From Alphaproteobacteria bacterium (GTDB lineage: Bacteria; Pseudomonadota; Alphaproteobacteria; MPNO01; UBA830), in assembly GCA_965243135.1 (NCBI GenBank), contig OZ251539.1, positions 4,608,001 to 4,672,000 on the forward strand: DNA of 64,000 bases. The letters run 5' to 3'. Both the position numbers and the translations under genes were made by a program. The notes under the pieces are model-generated. The model was not told the DNA's origin. It ran no database searches and saw only the letters and a program-made list of their open reading frames with translations. This document shows, in pieces, positions 38,327 through 47,910 of this stretch. Position 1 is the first letter of the stretch, and every line of letters begins with the position of its first letter.

Positions 38327-40996
38327 TCAGCCGGCCGGCATTCCGGAAAGGCTTTCGAGGAAACGCCTGACGGCGACGACCGACGCCGGTCCGTCTCCGG
38401 ACAGGATGCGCATCGCGTCGGGCGGCAGTTCCTCCGGCGCCTTCAACGTCAGGTACTCCGCCGCCGCGTCTGCGTCGTCGGGTTCCGCGTCGCCGCGCAA
38501 GGCCGCCAGCGCGGCGGTCGCGAGCCGGGCCGCCTCGACGATCGGAGCCCGCGCCTCCTCGGCGAAGCCTCCGCCTTCGAGAAGCGCGGCGGCCTTCAGC
38601 TTGCGCTCCGCGCTTTCGGCAAGCGTTTTCATCCGGAGGTCGCGTCCGTTGGGAGCTTCCGCCCCGCCGGCGCCCGGATAGATTTCCCGGAGGTTTTCGG
38701 CCGGCATCGACACCAGTCCCGACTCCGCCAGCCGGAGCATCGTTTCATGCGTGTCCGGATCGATCACGCTCACCCGCAGGCCCGTCGCCTCCGAAAGCCG
38801 GCGTTCTTCCGCGGCGCGGCGCGAAGGCGGCAGCGCGATCACGACGAGCACCGTATCCTCCCGCGCGAGAATGCGGCGCAACGCCGCGCCGTGCCCCGCC
38901 GCAAGATCGTCCCGAAGCTTGTCCAGGGGCGACGGCTCCACGACCGCCTTGTCCTTCTCCTCGCCGAGCACCGCTTCCAGGCGCTCCATGAAAGCCGTCC
39001 GGCTGCTCGGCAAACGGATCTCCGAAAGGTCGCCGCGACGGTCGAGCACGCCTTCCGCCAGCGCCCGCTTGGCGTCCAGCAAGGTGAGCATGCGGGATTC
39101 GATGCTGTTCTCGGTCACCAGGTTAATGACGTTGACGGCGCGAGTCTGGTGCTTGCGCCAGGCGCGAGCCACCCGCTGCTCGAGCCGGGCCGGGTTCCAG
39201 GGCTGGTCCATGTTGACCACGGTGTCGGCCACCTGGAGGTTCAGGCCGACCCCCCCGGATTCGGAGGAGAGAAACAACCGGCAGTCGGGATCCTCGCGGA
39301 ATCTGTGGATTTCGGCGCGGCGCCGTTGCTGCGGGACCGACCCGGTGTGCCAGGCGAAATCGAAGCCGTTCTCCACCGCGTAGCTCCGCACCAGTTCCAG
39401 CATTCGCACCCACTCGGAGAAAACGATGATCTTCCGCTGCGGATCCTCCAGAAGATCGGGAAACAGGCGCTCGATCTCCTCCAGCTTGGGACAATCGACG
39501 TTCTCGTCCCCAAGGATGTACGTCGTGTCGCAGATCATGCGCATGCAGGCGAGATACCGTTGCAGCCTTTCGAATTCTTCCTTCGCCAGCGGCCGCTTCC
39601 GCGCCTGCGCCGCAAGTTTTCTCACGCGATATTCGTAGTCCTCGTAGAGATCCGTCTGGGCTTTGGTCATGTGAACGAAGAAGGTCTTCGTGGCCCGGCC
39701 GGGAAGCTGGCCTTCGACGTCCTCCTTGCGCCGCCGCAGCATCACCGAAGAGATGCGGTTCGCCAGTTCGTCGAGATTTTGAAACCCTTCCGGCCTCCCC
39801 TTTTCGTCCAGGCTGTAGAACTCGCGGTTGAAGCGGAACAGGGGGCCAAGAAGTTCCGGATCCAGGAACTGGACGATCGAGTAGACTTCGTCGATCCGGT
39901 TCTCGAGCGGCGTTCCCGTAAGGACGAACGCGTACTTGCTGCGCAGCTTCTTCACCGCGTTCGCGGTTTTGGTCTGCCAGTTCTTGATGCGCTGGGCCTC
40001 GTCGAGAATCACGATGTCGGGCCGCAGCGTGTCGAGAAGATCCTCGCCGTCGACCACTATCTGCTCGTAGTTGGCGAGCGTGAAAAACGCGGGATCGGCG
40101 TAGATCCTTCGCCGCGCCAGACGGTTGCCGTACACGATCTTCGAGGACAGGTCCGAAAATTTGGCGATCTGCTCTTCCCACTCGGCCTTGAGCGACGCCG
40201 GCGAAATCACGAGCACGCGCGATATGCCGCGCGCCTGACGCAACAACGCGCAGGCAGCGATCGCCTGCACCGTCTTGCCGAGACCCATGTCGTCGGCGAG
40301 CAGCGCACGCTCCCCGAAGGCGAGATGGAGCGCGCCCTCGACCTGATACGGCAGCAACGGCATCTTGAGGAAATCGAGCGAGCGGCGTCCGCTCTCCAGG
40401 TCCGCCGCGAAACGCGCGCGCTCCCGATGCCTGCGATTCGCGGCTTCGCGAGAGGCGACCCACCCGTTCAGCCGCCGGGATACCCGCAAACCGTCGACAT
40501 TGGCCTGCGCCAGTTCGCGGAGTTCGCGAAGGGCTTTCGGCGATCCGCGGCCCACATGAGAGAACAGGCGCTCGACCTCCTGCAGCAGGTCCGAACCCGC
40601 GAACGCTTCCGGGGCCGTCATCTTCGGGAGCCGCTCGTCCGCCTCGTCGAGAAAGATCTCGATGCGGTCGTTCGCCTCCGCCGGCCGCGCGTTGCGGTTC
40701 CGAAGCCGGTGAAGCACGCCTTCGACATGCTTGCAGGTTCCGAGCCGATTGGTGCGGTAGTCCTGGCAATCGCAGGAGTTGACGCGCTCCCGGAGCGAGC
40801 GGATTTCCACCGTATAGCCGCCGCCGCTCGAAGACACGACCCGGTAATCCCCGAAAAGCCGGGAATCGAGCGCTTGCACCTCCTCGATTTCAGTGCGGCC
40901 CCGCCATTCCCGCCGCTTGATCTCGTCCTCGTCCGTGGATATCCAGCCCCGGAAAACGGGCGGACGTTCTTTGGCCTTCTTTTCTTTCTCGGTCAC
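38327..40996 (-). CDS. SWIM zinc-finger SNF2-family helicase
   Basis: CDC...GTCKH SWIM; LLADDMGLGKT, DEAQRIKN, LTGTPLEN, GGVGLNLQ, PWNPARLEQRVARA; GTG start after GGAG. Confidence 0.93.
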   Translation of the reverse strand: MTEKEKKAKERPPVFRGWISTDEDEIKRREWRGRTEIEEVQALDSRLFGDYRVVSSSGGGYTVEIRSLRERVNSCDCQDYRTNRLGTCKHVEGVLHRLRNRNARPAEANDRIEIFLDEADERLPKMTAPEAFAGSDLLQEVERLFSHVGRGSPKALRELRELAQANVDGLRVSRRLNGWVASREAANRRHRERARFAADLESGRRSLDFLKMPLLPYQVEGALHLAFGERALLADDMGLGKTVQAIAACALLRQARGISRVLVISPASLKAEWEEQIAKFSDLSSKIVYGNRLARRRIYADPAFFTLANYEQIVVDGEDLLDTLRPDIVILDEAQRIKNWQTKTANAVKKLRSKYAFVLTGTPLENRIDEVYSIVQFLDPELLGPLFRFNREFYSLDEKGRPEGFQNLDELANRISSVMLRRRKEDVEGQLPGRATKTFFVHMTKAQTDLYEDYEYRVRKLAAQARKRPLAKEEFERLQRYLACMRMICDTTYILGDENVDCPKLEEIERLFPDLLEDPQRKIIVFSEWVRMLELVRSYAVENGFDFAWHTGSVPQQRRRAEIHRFREDPDCRLFLSSESGGVGLNLQVADTVVNMDQPWNPARLEQRVARAWRKHQTRAVNVINLVTENSIESRMLTLLDAKRALAEGVLDRRGDLSEIRLPSSRTAFMERLEAVLGEEKDKAVVEPSPLDKLRDDLAAGHGAALRRILAREDTVLVVIALPPSRRAAEERRLSEATGLRVSVIDPDTHETMLRLAESGLVSMPAENLREIYPGAGGAEAPNGRDLRMKTLAESAERKLKAAALLEGGGFAEEARAPIVEAARLATAALAALRGDAEPDDADAAAEYLTLKAPEELPPDAMRILSGDGPASVVAVRRFLESLSGMPAG

Positions 40997-41092
40997 GTTG
41001 GAATCTCCATGCCAGCCGGTCGACAACCCGATCCGCGTCAAACTATCACAATGTCGAGAATCGCCGAGCCGGCCGGACGCGCCGAAGATGCC

Positions 41093-41121
41093 TTGACGAC
41101 GGCGGAAGATGCGGCCACAAT
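41093..41121 (+). promoter_or_regulatory. Putative sigma70 promoter for the downstream paa-like genes
   Basis: TTGACG-17 bp-CACAAT. Confidence 0.45.
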
Positions 41122-41230
41122 CGCCTCTTGAAGATTGGCGTCACGCTTCCGGGCGAGCGCGGAAAGGACTTCTGAAAGATGCGGCACTCGCGGCGTCCCC
41201 TCCGGACGCGGGCAATTCTTGCGCTACGGC

Positions 41231-41557
41231 ATGAGCGGCGGACCTCCGACGCGCGATGACGTCGCCGCTGCGCTCGAAGCGGTCAACGATCCCCATGTGC
41301 CCGCCAGCCTCCGGAGGATGGGGATGCTCCGCGAAATCGAGGTTTCCGGCGACGGCGTCGTCGTCGTTCGCCTTTGCATTCCTTGCATGGGCTGCCCCGG
41401 CACGGGCCTTCTGCGCGACGCCGTGCGCGACGCCGTCATGTCCCTCGACGGCGTCGCCGACGTGATCGTGGAGGAAGGGTGGCATCTCCCGTGGTCGCGG
41501 GAAATGGTGGATCCCGAGGTCCGGAGCATGATGCGCGCCAACGGCATACAGGTTTGA
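41231..41557 (+). CDS. DUF59 / PaaD N-terminal-like metal-cluster assembly protein
   Basis: AL..VNDPH...SL..MGM, PCMGCP, PWS. Confidence 0.82.
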   Translation: MSGGPPTRDDVAAALEAVNDPHVPASLRRMGMLREIEVSGDGVVVVRLCIPCMGCPGTGLLRDAVRDAVMSLDGVADVIVEEGWHLPWSREMVDPEVRSMMRANGIQV

Positions 41558-41558
41558 A

Positions 41559-41819
41559 ATGACGATCAGAAAGACGATAGACCAGAAACGCGAGCGCGGC
41601 GGGGAGACGCCGAAATATTACGAGGTCTTCGCGCGCAGGAATTCCGGATCCGACCTTTCCCATGTCGGATCGGTGGAGGCGCCGAACGACGATCTCGCGA
41701 AAGTTCGCGCCTGGTACATCTACGATCAGCACCAGTGGCGCGAGATGTGCATCGTGCCGCTCGACGCGATCGTTACCGTCACCGAAGAAGGCAAATCCGC
41801 CAAAATCAAGATGGGATGA
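41559..41819 (+). CDS. PaaB-like small subunit
   Basis: YEVFAR...LSHVGSVEAP...A..RA...Y. Confidence 0.82.
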   Translation: MTIRKTIDQKRERGGETPKYYEVFARRNSGSDLSHVGSVEAPNDDLAKVRAWYIYDQHQWREMCIVPLDAIVTVTEEGKSAKIKMG

Positions 41820-41835
41820 GCGGGGAAGCGGGAGA

Positions 41836-42606
41836 ATGACTTACATACCGGGCGATCCGGGCAGCAGGCTCAACGCGCGTTTCGAGAACGATCTGCTGGC
41901 GATCGCCGACACCAAGCTGGTGCTCGGCAACTGGTACGCCGAATGCGTGATGAACGGTCGCTCGCTGCCCGACTTCGCGGCGATTCTGGGCATGTGCACC
42001 GCCAACTACGGACATACCCGCGCGATCTATCAGTATCTCGCCGCCCACGGCCGCGACTACGTTCACCTCGAACGCGGGCGCGGGCCCGACGACATTCGTT
42101 CCATGAACCTTCTCGACGAAGCGCCCGCGAACTGGGAAGATTTCATCGTCAGCACATGGCTGGCCGAACTCGCGACCTGGATGTTGACGTCCGGGTTTCT
42201 CAAACAGCGAGACCGCGTCGTCGCCGGCTTCGCCAAGAAGATCGGCGAGGAAACCTACTTCCACCTCAAGTACGCGCATGGATGGTTTCGCGTCATCGGC
42301 GAAGGCGAGAAGGAAACCCGGCGATTTCAGGATTCCTACGCTCGCCGCTTTCCTTTGGCGCTGGAGTGGTTCGGCCCGGAGGAAGAGGATCCGGCGGCGG
42401 AGATGCGCGACGCGCCCATCTCCGAACTCCGGCAGGCGTTCGTCAAGCAGGCCGCCGAGGCCGGCGATCTGCTCGGAGCTTCCCTCGAACGGAACGCGGC
42501 CGTCCGGATTCCCGAGAGCTGGCGGACCGACGCCCGCCGGACCGGGCCGATGCCGGATCGGTTGTTCGAAGTCGTAAGGTTCAAGGATTCCGCGCTTGCC
42601 CATTGA
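41836..42606 (+). CDS. PaaC-like ferritin-fold beta (structural) subunit
   Basis: AIADTKLVLG, YGHTRAIY, AKKI.EETYFH...A..W; first ExxH motif degenerate. Confidence 0.8.
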   Translation: MTYIPGDPGSRLNARFENDLLAIADTKLVLGNWYAECVMNGRSLPDFAAILGMCTANYGHTRAIYQYLAAHGRDYVHLERGRGPDDIRSMNLLDEAPANWEDFIVSTWLAELATWMLTSGFLKQRDRVVAGFAKKIGEETYFHLKYAHGWFRVIGEGEKETRRFQDSYARRFPLALEWFGPEEEDPAAEMRDAPISELRQAFVKQAAEAGDLLGASLERNAAVRIPESWRTDARRTGPMPDRLFEVVRFKDSALAH

Positions 42607-42829
42607 GGGCGTTTCCCGGCGCGGCGCGGCGCGGCGGCACCGGGAACTTCATTCGGACGATCCGGACTTCGGAAACGTAACCTGCCCGGATTGCGGCGGC
42701 GGCGATCTGGAAGTGATTTCCCTGTTCGGCGGCGCGGCGTCCGAGGTCATGTTCCGCTGCAATGCGTGCCGTTCCGCCTTCAACTGGATCAAGTGGGACG
42801 GACGGCTTCCGCCGACCGTCGGAGACTGA
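42596..42829 (+). CDS. PaaD C-terminal zinc-ribbon-like protein, stand-alone
   Basis: CPDCG...ISLFGGAASEVMFRCNACRSAF.WIK, matching the PaaD C-terminal pattern CPxC...S.FG...C..C..PF. Confidence 0.75.
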   Translation: MPIEGVSRRGAARRHRELHSDDPDFGNVTCPDCGGGDLEVISLFGGAASEVMFRCNACRSAFNWIKWDGRLPPTVGD

Positions 42830-42889
42830 GCGCCGCAGCGCGTCCGCCGCTCCCGGAAGCGCCCGCTCCCGGGCATGTTCTAGCCGAAC

Positions 42890-43582
42890 CTATTCCGCAT
42901 GCGCTTCCTCGCGACGCAGCCACAACGGATTCTTCAATGTCGCAACGAACGCTTCATGGGCGGCCAACTCATCATCCGTAGGGGCGTGCGGGCGCGGCGG
43001 TCGGGCGATCGTCGCCTCCGGTTCGGCTTTCGCGGCTTCCGCCTTCGCAGAGCCCAGATCGAAACCGGGCTGGCGGCCTCCCCGCAACTCAAGATAAACG
43101 CTGGCCAGCAATTCCGCGTCAAGCAAGGCTCCATGCCTCTCGCGGACCGAAATGTCTATTCCGAAACGGCGGCATAAGGCGTCGAGGTTCGCAGGTGCTC
43201 CGGGAAACCGCCTTCTCGCCATCGACACCGTATCGGTCGCCCGGTCCGACGGGATCGGAGGCCGTCCGATTCTGTACAGTTCCTCGTTGAGAAAGCCGAG
43301 ATCGAACGCAGCGTTGTGAATGACCAGCCGGGCGTCGCCGATAAACGAAAAGAAATCTTCGACGACGCCGTCGAAGGTCGGAAAGCCGGAAAGGAACTCA
43401 GCGCTCAGACCATGCACCTCGAACGCTTCGCGCGGAACGTCGCGTTGCGGATTTACGTACCGATGCCAAGTGTTTCCAGTCGCCACGTGATTGAATAGCT
43501 CGACGCAGCCGATTTCGACGAGGCGATGGCCGTCCTTCGGGTCAAGGCCGGTGGTTTCCGTGTCGAGGACGATTTCGCGCAT
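42890..43582 (-). CDS. dnaQ: DNA polymerase III epsilon subunit
   Basis: VLDTETTG, HNAAFD, HGALLDAELL. Confidence 0.96.
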   Translation of the reverse strand: MREIVLDTETTGLDPKDGHRLVEIGCVELFNHVATGNTWHRYVNPQRDVPREAFEVHGLSAEFLSGFPTFDGVVEDFFSFIGDARLVIHNAAFDLGFLNEELYRIGRPPIPSDRATDTVSMARRRFPGAPANLDALCRRFGIDISVRERHGALLDAELLASVYLELRGGRQPGFDLGSAKAEAAKAEPEATIARPPRPHAPTDDELAAHEAFVATLKNPLWLRREEAHAE

Positions 43583-44219
43583 TTCGGACGGCGCCTTCCG
43601 CATGGACGTTCGGCGGCCAGCGGCCTGCCGGGAGAGCTCGCGCAAACCTGACGACTCGGACGAGTCGACGCAAGGCATTTCGCTTGCCCGCGCCGCTCGG
43701 CACCACGAAATCCGCGCGGCGGCGTTTTTCGGCGTCGGAAAGCTGCCGCGCCAGAATTCCCCTGAATTTTTCGCCGGTCATGCCCGGCCGTCCCAGAACC
43801 CTGGCGGCCTGAACGAACGGAGGCGCGGACACCACGACCGTAACGTCGCAGCGGGCATCGAGTCCGATCTCGAACAGAAGCGGCACGTCCAGCGCCGCGA
43901 CGGGAACGCGCCGCGCGGCGCAACGTTTTAGAAATCCGTCCTGAATCCCGCGCACCAAGGGGTGAACGATCGCCTCCAGCCGGGCAAGCGCTTCGTCGTC
44001 GCGGAACACGCGTTTGCCGAGCAGATTCCGATCGACGGCTCCGGCCGCGACGACCCCGGGAAACGCCGCGGCAATCGCGGGAACTGCCGCTCCTCCCTTT
44101 CCCAGAACGCGATGAACTGCCGCATCGGAATCGTAGACGGGAACGCCTTCGCGAAGAAGCATGGCCGCCGCCGTCGACTTGCCCATGCCGACGGAACCGG
44201 TCAGGCCCAATACGATCAT
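43542..44219 (-). CDS. coaE: Dephospho-CoA kinase
   Basis: GLTGSVGMGKST, LEAIVHPLV, DVPLLFE. Confidence 0.95.
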   Translation of the reverse strand: MIVLGLTGSVGMGKSTAAAMLLREGVPVYDSDAAVHRVLGKGGAAVPAIAAAFPGVVAAGAVDRNLLGKRVFRDDEALARLEAIVHPLVRGIQDGFLKRCAARRVPVAALDVPLLFEIGLDARCDVTVVVSAPPFVQAARVLGRPGMTGEKFRGILARQLSDAEKRRRADFVVPSGAGKRNALRRLVRVVRFARALPAGRWPPNVHAEGAVRNARNRPRHGNHRP

Positions 44220-45067
44220 CGGTCCCGCAGATCCGCCAGGACGTGATTTCTCAGCGCCTGGTCGACCGCGGGATCCCGGCCGAACCAGGATCGGAATCCC
44301 GGCCTCGCCTGGTGCAGCAGCATGCCAAGTCCGTCGATCGTCGCGTTGCCGCGCGACCGGGCAGCTTTCAGCAGAGGCGTTTCCAAGGGCGCGTATACGA
44401 TGTCGTAAACGATCGCGGCGGCGGAAAGCGAGGAGAGGTCCATCTCCAAAGCGGCGGCGCCCCGCATCCCGAGCGACGTAGCGTTAACAAGCAGTGCGGC
44501 GTCGTCCAGAATCTCCGTCCGGCTTCGCCACTGCGCGGCGCGAACCGGCTCCCCGAGTTCTCTTTCCAACGCCTCCGCGCGCTCGCGGGTCCGATTTATC
44601 ACCCGAATGTCGAGCGCGCCGGCATCCTGAAGGCTCGCGACGATCGCCCGCGCAGCCCCGCCGGCGCCGATGACGACGGCAGGACCGCTCTCGGCGCGCC
44701 ATTCCGGACAGCTCTCGGCAAGCGCTTCCATGAAGCCGAATCCGTCCGTATTTTCGCCATAGAGGGATCCATCGTCGCGCACGGTCACCGTATTGACGGC
44801 CTGCATTCGTTCCGCCCGGGAATCGACGGCGTTCATGGACGCGAACGCCGCCTGCTTGTGAGGAACGGTAACGTTCACCCCTGCCATTCCCATGGCAGGC
44901 AACGCTCGCAATGCGTCGCCGATCCGATCGGGCGGTATGGATAGCGGAACGTAGACCCCGTCGATTTCGTACTTTTCGAGCCAGAAGTTATGGATTCGCG
45001 GCGAACGCGAATGCTTTACCGGCCAACCCGCGACCCCGGCAACGACGGCGGCTCCCGTAAAGTTCAT
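44216..45067 (-). CDS. aroE: Shikimate dehydrogenase
   Basis: HSRSP, NVTVPHK, AVNT, NTDG, GAGGAAR, DGLGMLLHQA. Confidence 0.96.
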   Translation of the reverse strand: MNFTGAAVVAGVAGWPVKHSRSPRIHNFWLEKYEIDGVYVPLSIPPDRIGDALRALPAMGMAGVNVTVPHKQAAFASMNAVDSRAERMQAVNTVTVRDDGSLYGENTDGFGFMEALAESCPEWRAESGPAVVIGAGGAARAIVASLQDAGALDIRVINRTRERAEALERELGEPVRAAQWRSRTEILDDAALLVNATSLGMRGAAALEMDLSSLSAAAIVYDIVYAPLETPLLKAARSRGNATIDGLGMLLHQARPGFRSWFGRDPAVDQALRNHVLADLRDR

Positions 45068-45675
45068 GCTGCGAGGATTCCGATCTGGCGCAGATATTCC
45101 AGCAACGGCAGCATAGGAAGCCCCATAACGGTAAAATGACTTCCTTCGATCCGGCTGAAAAGCTGGACGCCGATTCCCTCTATTCTGTAGGCGCCCGGCC
45201 CGTTCAGAAAATCGTCCCCGATGGCGTCGAGATAGGATTCCAGAAAATCGTCGCTGACGCGGCGCATTTCGAGTTGCGCGCGATCCACCGCATGCCAAGT
45301 CCGCAGGCCATCCTTCACCGCGACCGCGCAGCTGACGAGTTCGTGGCGCAGACCGCGAAGCGCCTTCAGTTGCGAAAGGGCATCCACCCTGTCGACCGGT
45401 TTGTCGTAGCGCCGGTCGCCGCACTGGAGAACCTGATCCGCGCCTACGACCGTCAGACCCGGCCTCCGCCGCGATACTCCGACGGCCTTCGCTTCGGCAA
45501 GCACTTCGGCGATTCGGGCCGCGGACGCGCCTTCCTCCTCCAGACCAAGCTTGAATTCGCGCTCGTCGACCCTCGGCGCTTCGACGACGAACGACACGCC
45601 GCTCGCTCGCAACAAGCGCTGCCGCGTCGAGCTCGTCGATGCGAGAACGATTTCTTCGCTACCCGCCGGACTCAT
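45064..45675 (-). CDS. maf: Maf family nucleoside triphosphate pyrophosphatase
   Basis: LASTS..R, KA..VS, GADQ, KP, GAYRIEG, GLP. Confidence 0.93.
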   Translation of the reverse strand: MSPAGSEEIVLASTSSTRQRLLRASGVSFVVEAPRVDEREFKLGLEEEGASAARIAEVLAEAKAVGVSRRRPGLTVVGADQVLQCGDRRYDKPVDRVDALSQLKALRGLRHELVSCAVAVKDGLRTWHAVDRAQLEMRRVSDDFLESYLDAIGDDFLNGPGAYRIEGIGVQLFSRIEGSHFTVMGLPMLPLLEYLRQIGILAA

Positions 45676-46498
45676 CGCCGCGTCCTGCCTGCAACTTCGT
45701 GTAAAGCTGGAATATCGCCGCGGCCGTTTCCTCGATCGAGCGCCTCGTCACGTCGATCACCGGCCACGCGTTCCTCAGGAACACCCTTCTAGCATCCCTG
45801 ATCTCGTTCTTCACGTTGCCCATGTCGACATACGCCGTCTTGGGATCCTGGCCAAGCATCAGAAGACGATTGCGCCGAATCTGGACGAGCCGATCCACCG
45901 AGGCCGTCAACCCGACTACCAGCGCGCCCCCGGAATCGAACAGCTCGTCCGGCAGGGGCGAACCGGGAACGAACGGTATGTTCGCCGTCTTCAGCCCGTA
46001 ATGGTTGGCGAGATAGATGGAGGTCGGAGTTTTCGACGTTCGGGATACCCCGACGAGAACGAGATCGGCCTCCGAAAGGCTGTCGGCCGCCTGACCGTCA
46101 TCATGCGCCATGACGTAATGAAGCGCATCGATCCGATCGAAATAGTCGGAGTTCAGAATGTACTGGCCGCCAGGACGGTTGACGGTTTTCCGGTTGAAGT
46201 GTCCGGCGAAGACGTCGATGACCGGATCGAGCACCGACACGCAAGGAATGTTCAAACGCTGGCATTCCTCGCGAAGCTCGCGGCTCGTCAGAGCGCTGAT
46301 CAACGTGAATATGACGATTCCCGGATTTTCGCGAATGCCCTCGATCACGGGCTCGAGCTGGCCGGTGGAAAGAATCATCGGCCAAAGGTGCTCAATCGCG
46401 GCAACGCCTTCGAACTGGGCCAAGCAGGCGCGCACGACGCCCTGAGTCGTTTCGCCCGTGGCGTCCGAAACCAAATGTATATGGAAAACCTCGCTCAA
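45659..46498 (-). CDS. ppsR: Kinase/pyrophosphorylase (PPDK/PEPS regulatory protein, DUF299)
   Basis: HLVSDATGET, HDDG, VGVSRTSKTPTSIYLA, SIEETAA; TTG start assumed. Confidence 0.92.
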   Translation of the reverse strand: MSEVFHIHLVSDATGETTQGVVRACLAQFEGVAAIEHLWPMILSTGQLEPVIEGIRENPGIVIFTLISALTSRELREECQRLNIPCVSVLDPVIDVFAGHFNRKTVNRPGGQYILNSDYFDRIDALHYVMAHDDGQAADSLSEADLVLVGVSRTSKTPTSIYLANHYGLKTANIPFVPGSPLPDELFDSGGALVVGLTASVDRLVQIRRNRLLMLGQDPKTAYVDMGNVKNEIRDARRVFLRNAWPVIDVTRRSIEETAAAIFQLYTKLQAGRGDESGG

Positions 46499-46499
46499 A

Positions 46500-46880
46500 C
46501 CGATTCGCCCACAATTCCGCCGATTCGCTCCCGCAGCGGGGATAACCCCGTTCTCCCGCCGAAGCAGCCGAAATCCCTCCCGTTCATTCAATGGATGCTC
46601 AGAGGTTATCATGGATTTCCAAGCAAGGCCACATGTAGCTGAAAAAAGGCGCCATGCACGGAATTCACAATTCCGCGGCTCCCTCTAAATTCAAACCCAT
46701 AAACGATTTTTCCGCGTTATGCACATGAACTTCCGCCCGTATCGCTCCTGAATTGTTTCGTGGATTATCTGTGAACGGAATTTTATCCTCATATTTCATG
46801 CATCAATCTAGATCGAACGAATCTATAAATTATAATTATTTAAATCAAATATATTGTTATTGAATGGAATTCTGCCATAC
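46500..46880. other. Putative chromosomal replication origin (oriC)
   Basis: Intergenic between divergent ppsR and hemE; DnaA-box-like TTATGCACA 46717-46725, TTATCCTCA 46783-46791, CGTGGATTA 46759-46767, CGGGGATAA 46537-46545; very AT-rich tract at ~46820-46865. Confidence 0.75.
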
Positions 46881-46887
46881 TAGGCTC

Positions 46888-47910
46888 ATGGACGTTCGCA
46901 AACCAACGATTGCCGCCTTGCTGGGACGGCGGGTGGATCCGCCTCCTGTCTGGTTGATGAGGCAGGCCGGCCGATACCTTCCGGAATATCTTCAGGTACG
47001 AAAACAAGTTCCGGAGTTCCTCGATCTTTGTTTCGATCCTTTCAAAGCCGCGCAAGTGACGCTACAACCGATCGAAAGATTTAATTTCGATGCAGCCATT
47101 CTTTTTTCCGATATTTTGGTCGTTCCGTACGTTCTTGGACAAAAGGTGGAGTTTGCGGAAGGCCCCTGTCTCGATCCCGTGCGCGATGCCGCTGCGCTTG
47201 CGGCTCTGTCCGTCGATCTGACTCAAGACAGGTTTTCCCCGATCTACGAGACGATCGACAGGGTCAAGGAAAAATTATCGAGCGGCGTCGCTCTGGTCGG
47301 TTTCGCGGGCGCGCCATGGACGGTGGCTACCTATATGGTCGAAGGAGGCGGCAGCCGGGATTACGTGAACGTGAAGCGGTGGGCTCTGGGCGACCCCTCC
47401 GGATTTCAGTCCTTGGTCGATCTTCTGGTCGACGTTACGGCGGATTACCTCAAGGGGCAGATCGCCGCCGGCGCGGATGCCGTCCAGCTATTCGACACTT
47501 GGGCGGGAGTCTTGCCGAAGTCGGCGTTCGACAGATTCTGCGCCGCTCCCGTCCTCGATATTGCGCGGCAGGTGAAATCCGGGCATCCGGATACGCCGGT
47601 GGTGGTCTTTCTTCGCGGATCGGCCGTGAATTTGCCGGAGTTGGCGTCGGCTCCCGAGATTGACGCGATCGGAATCGACCATGCGGTCGATCCCGTTTGG
47701 GCGGCGAAGGAAATCCAGCCGCGAGCGGCGGTCCAGGGAAACCTCGATCCGGTTTTGCTGCTAGCCGGAGGTCCCGAACTGGAGCGCGGGGCGCGAGAGA
47801 TCGTTGATTCGTTGTCCGGAGGAGCTCATGTCTTCAATCTGGGACATGGCATTCTGCCCCAGACGCCGGTGGAGCACGTCAAATTCTTGGTCGACCTGAT
47901 CCGATCATGA
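46888..47910 (+). CDS. hemE: Uroporphyrinogen decarboxylase
   Basis: PVWLMRQAGRYLPEY, AAILFSDIL, GFAGAPWT, FNLGHGI. Confidence 0.97.
   Translation: MDVRKPTIAALLGRRVDPPPVWLMRQAGRYLPEYLQVRKQVPEFLDLCFDPFKAAQVTLQPIERFNFDAAILFSDILVVPYVLGQKVEFAEGPCLDPVRDAAALAALSVDLTQDRFSPIYETIDRVKEKLSSGVALVGFAGAPWTVATYMVEGGGSRDYVNVKRWALGDPSGFQSLVDLLVDVTADYLKGQIAAGADAVQLFDTWAGVLPKSAFDRFCAAPVLDIARQVKSGHPDTPVVVFLRGSAVNLPELASAPEIDAIGIDHAVDPVWAAKEIQPRAAVQGNLDPVLLLAGGPELERGAREIVDSLSGGAHVFNLGHGILPQTPVEHVKFLVDLIRS

Noticed and set aside
43542-43582. 41-bp coaE/dnaQ overlap
   Set aside because: Likely a simple C-terminal extension of coaE; both genes have intact motifs
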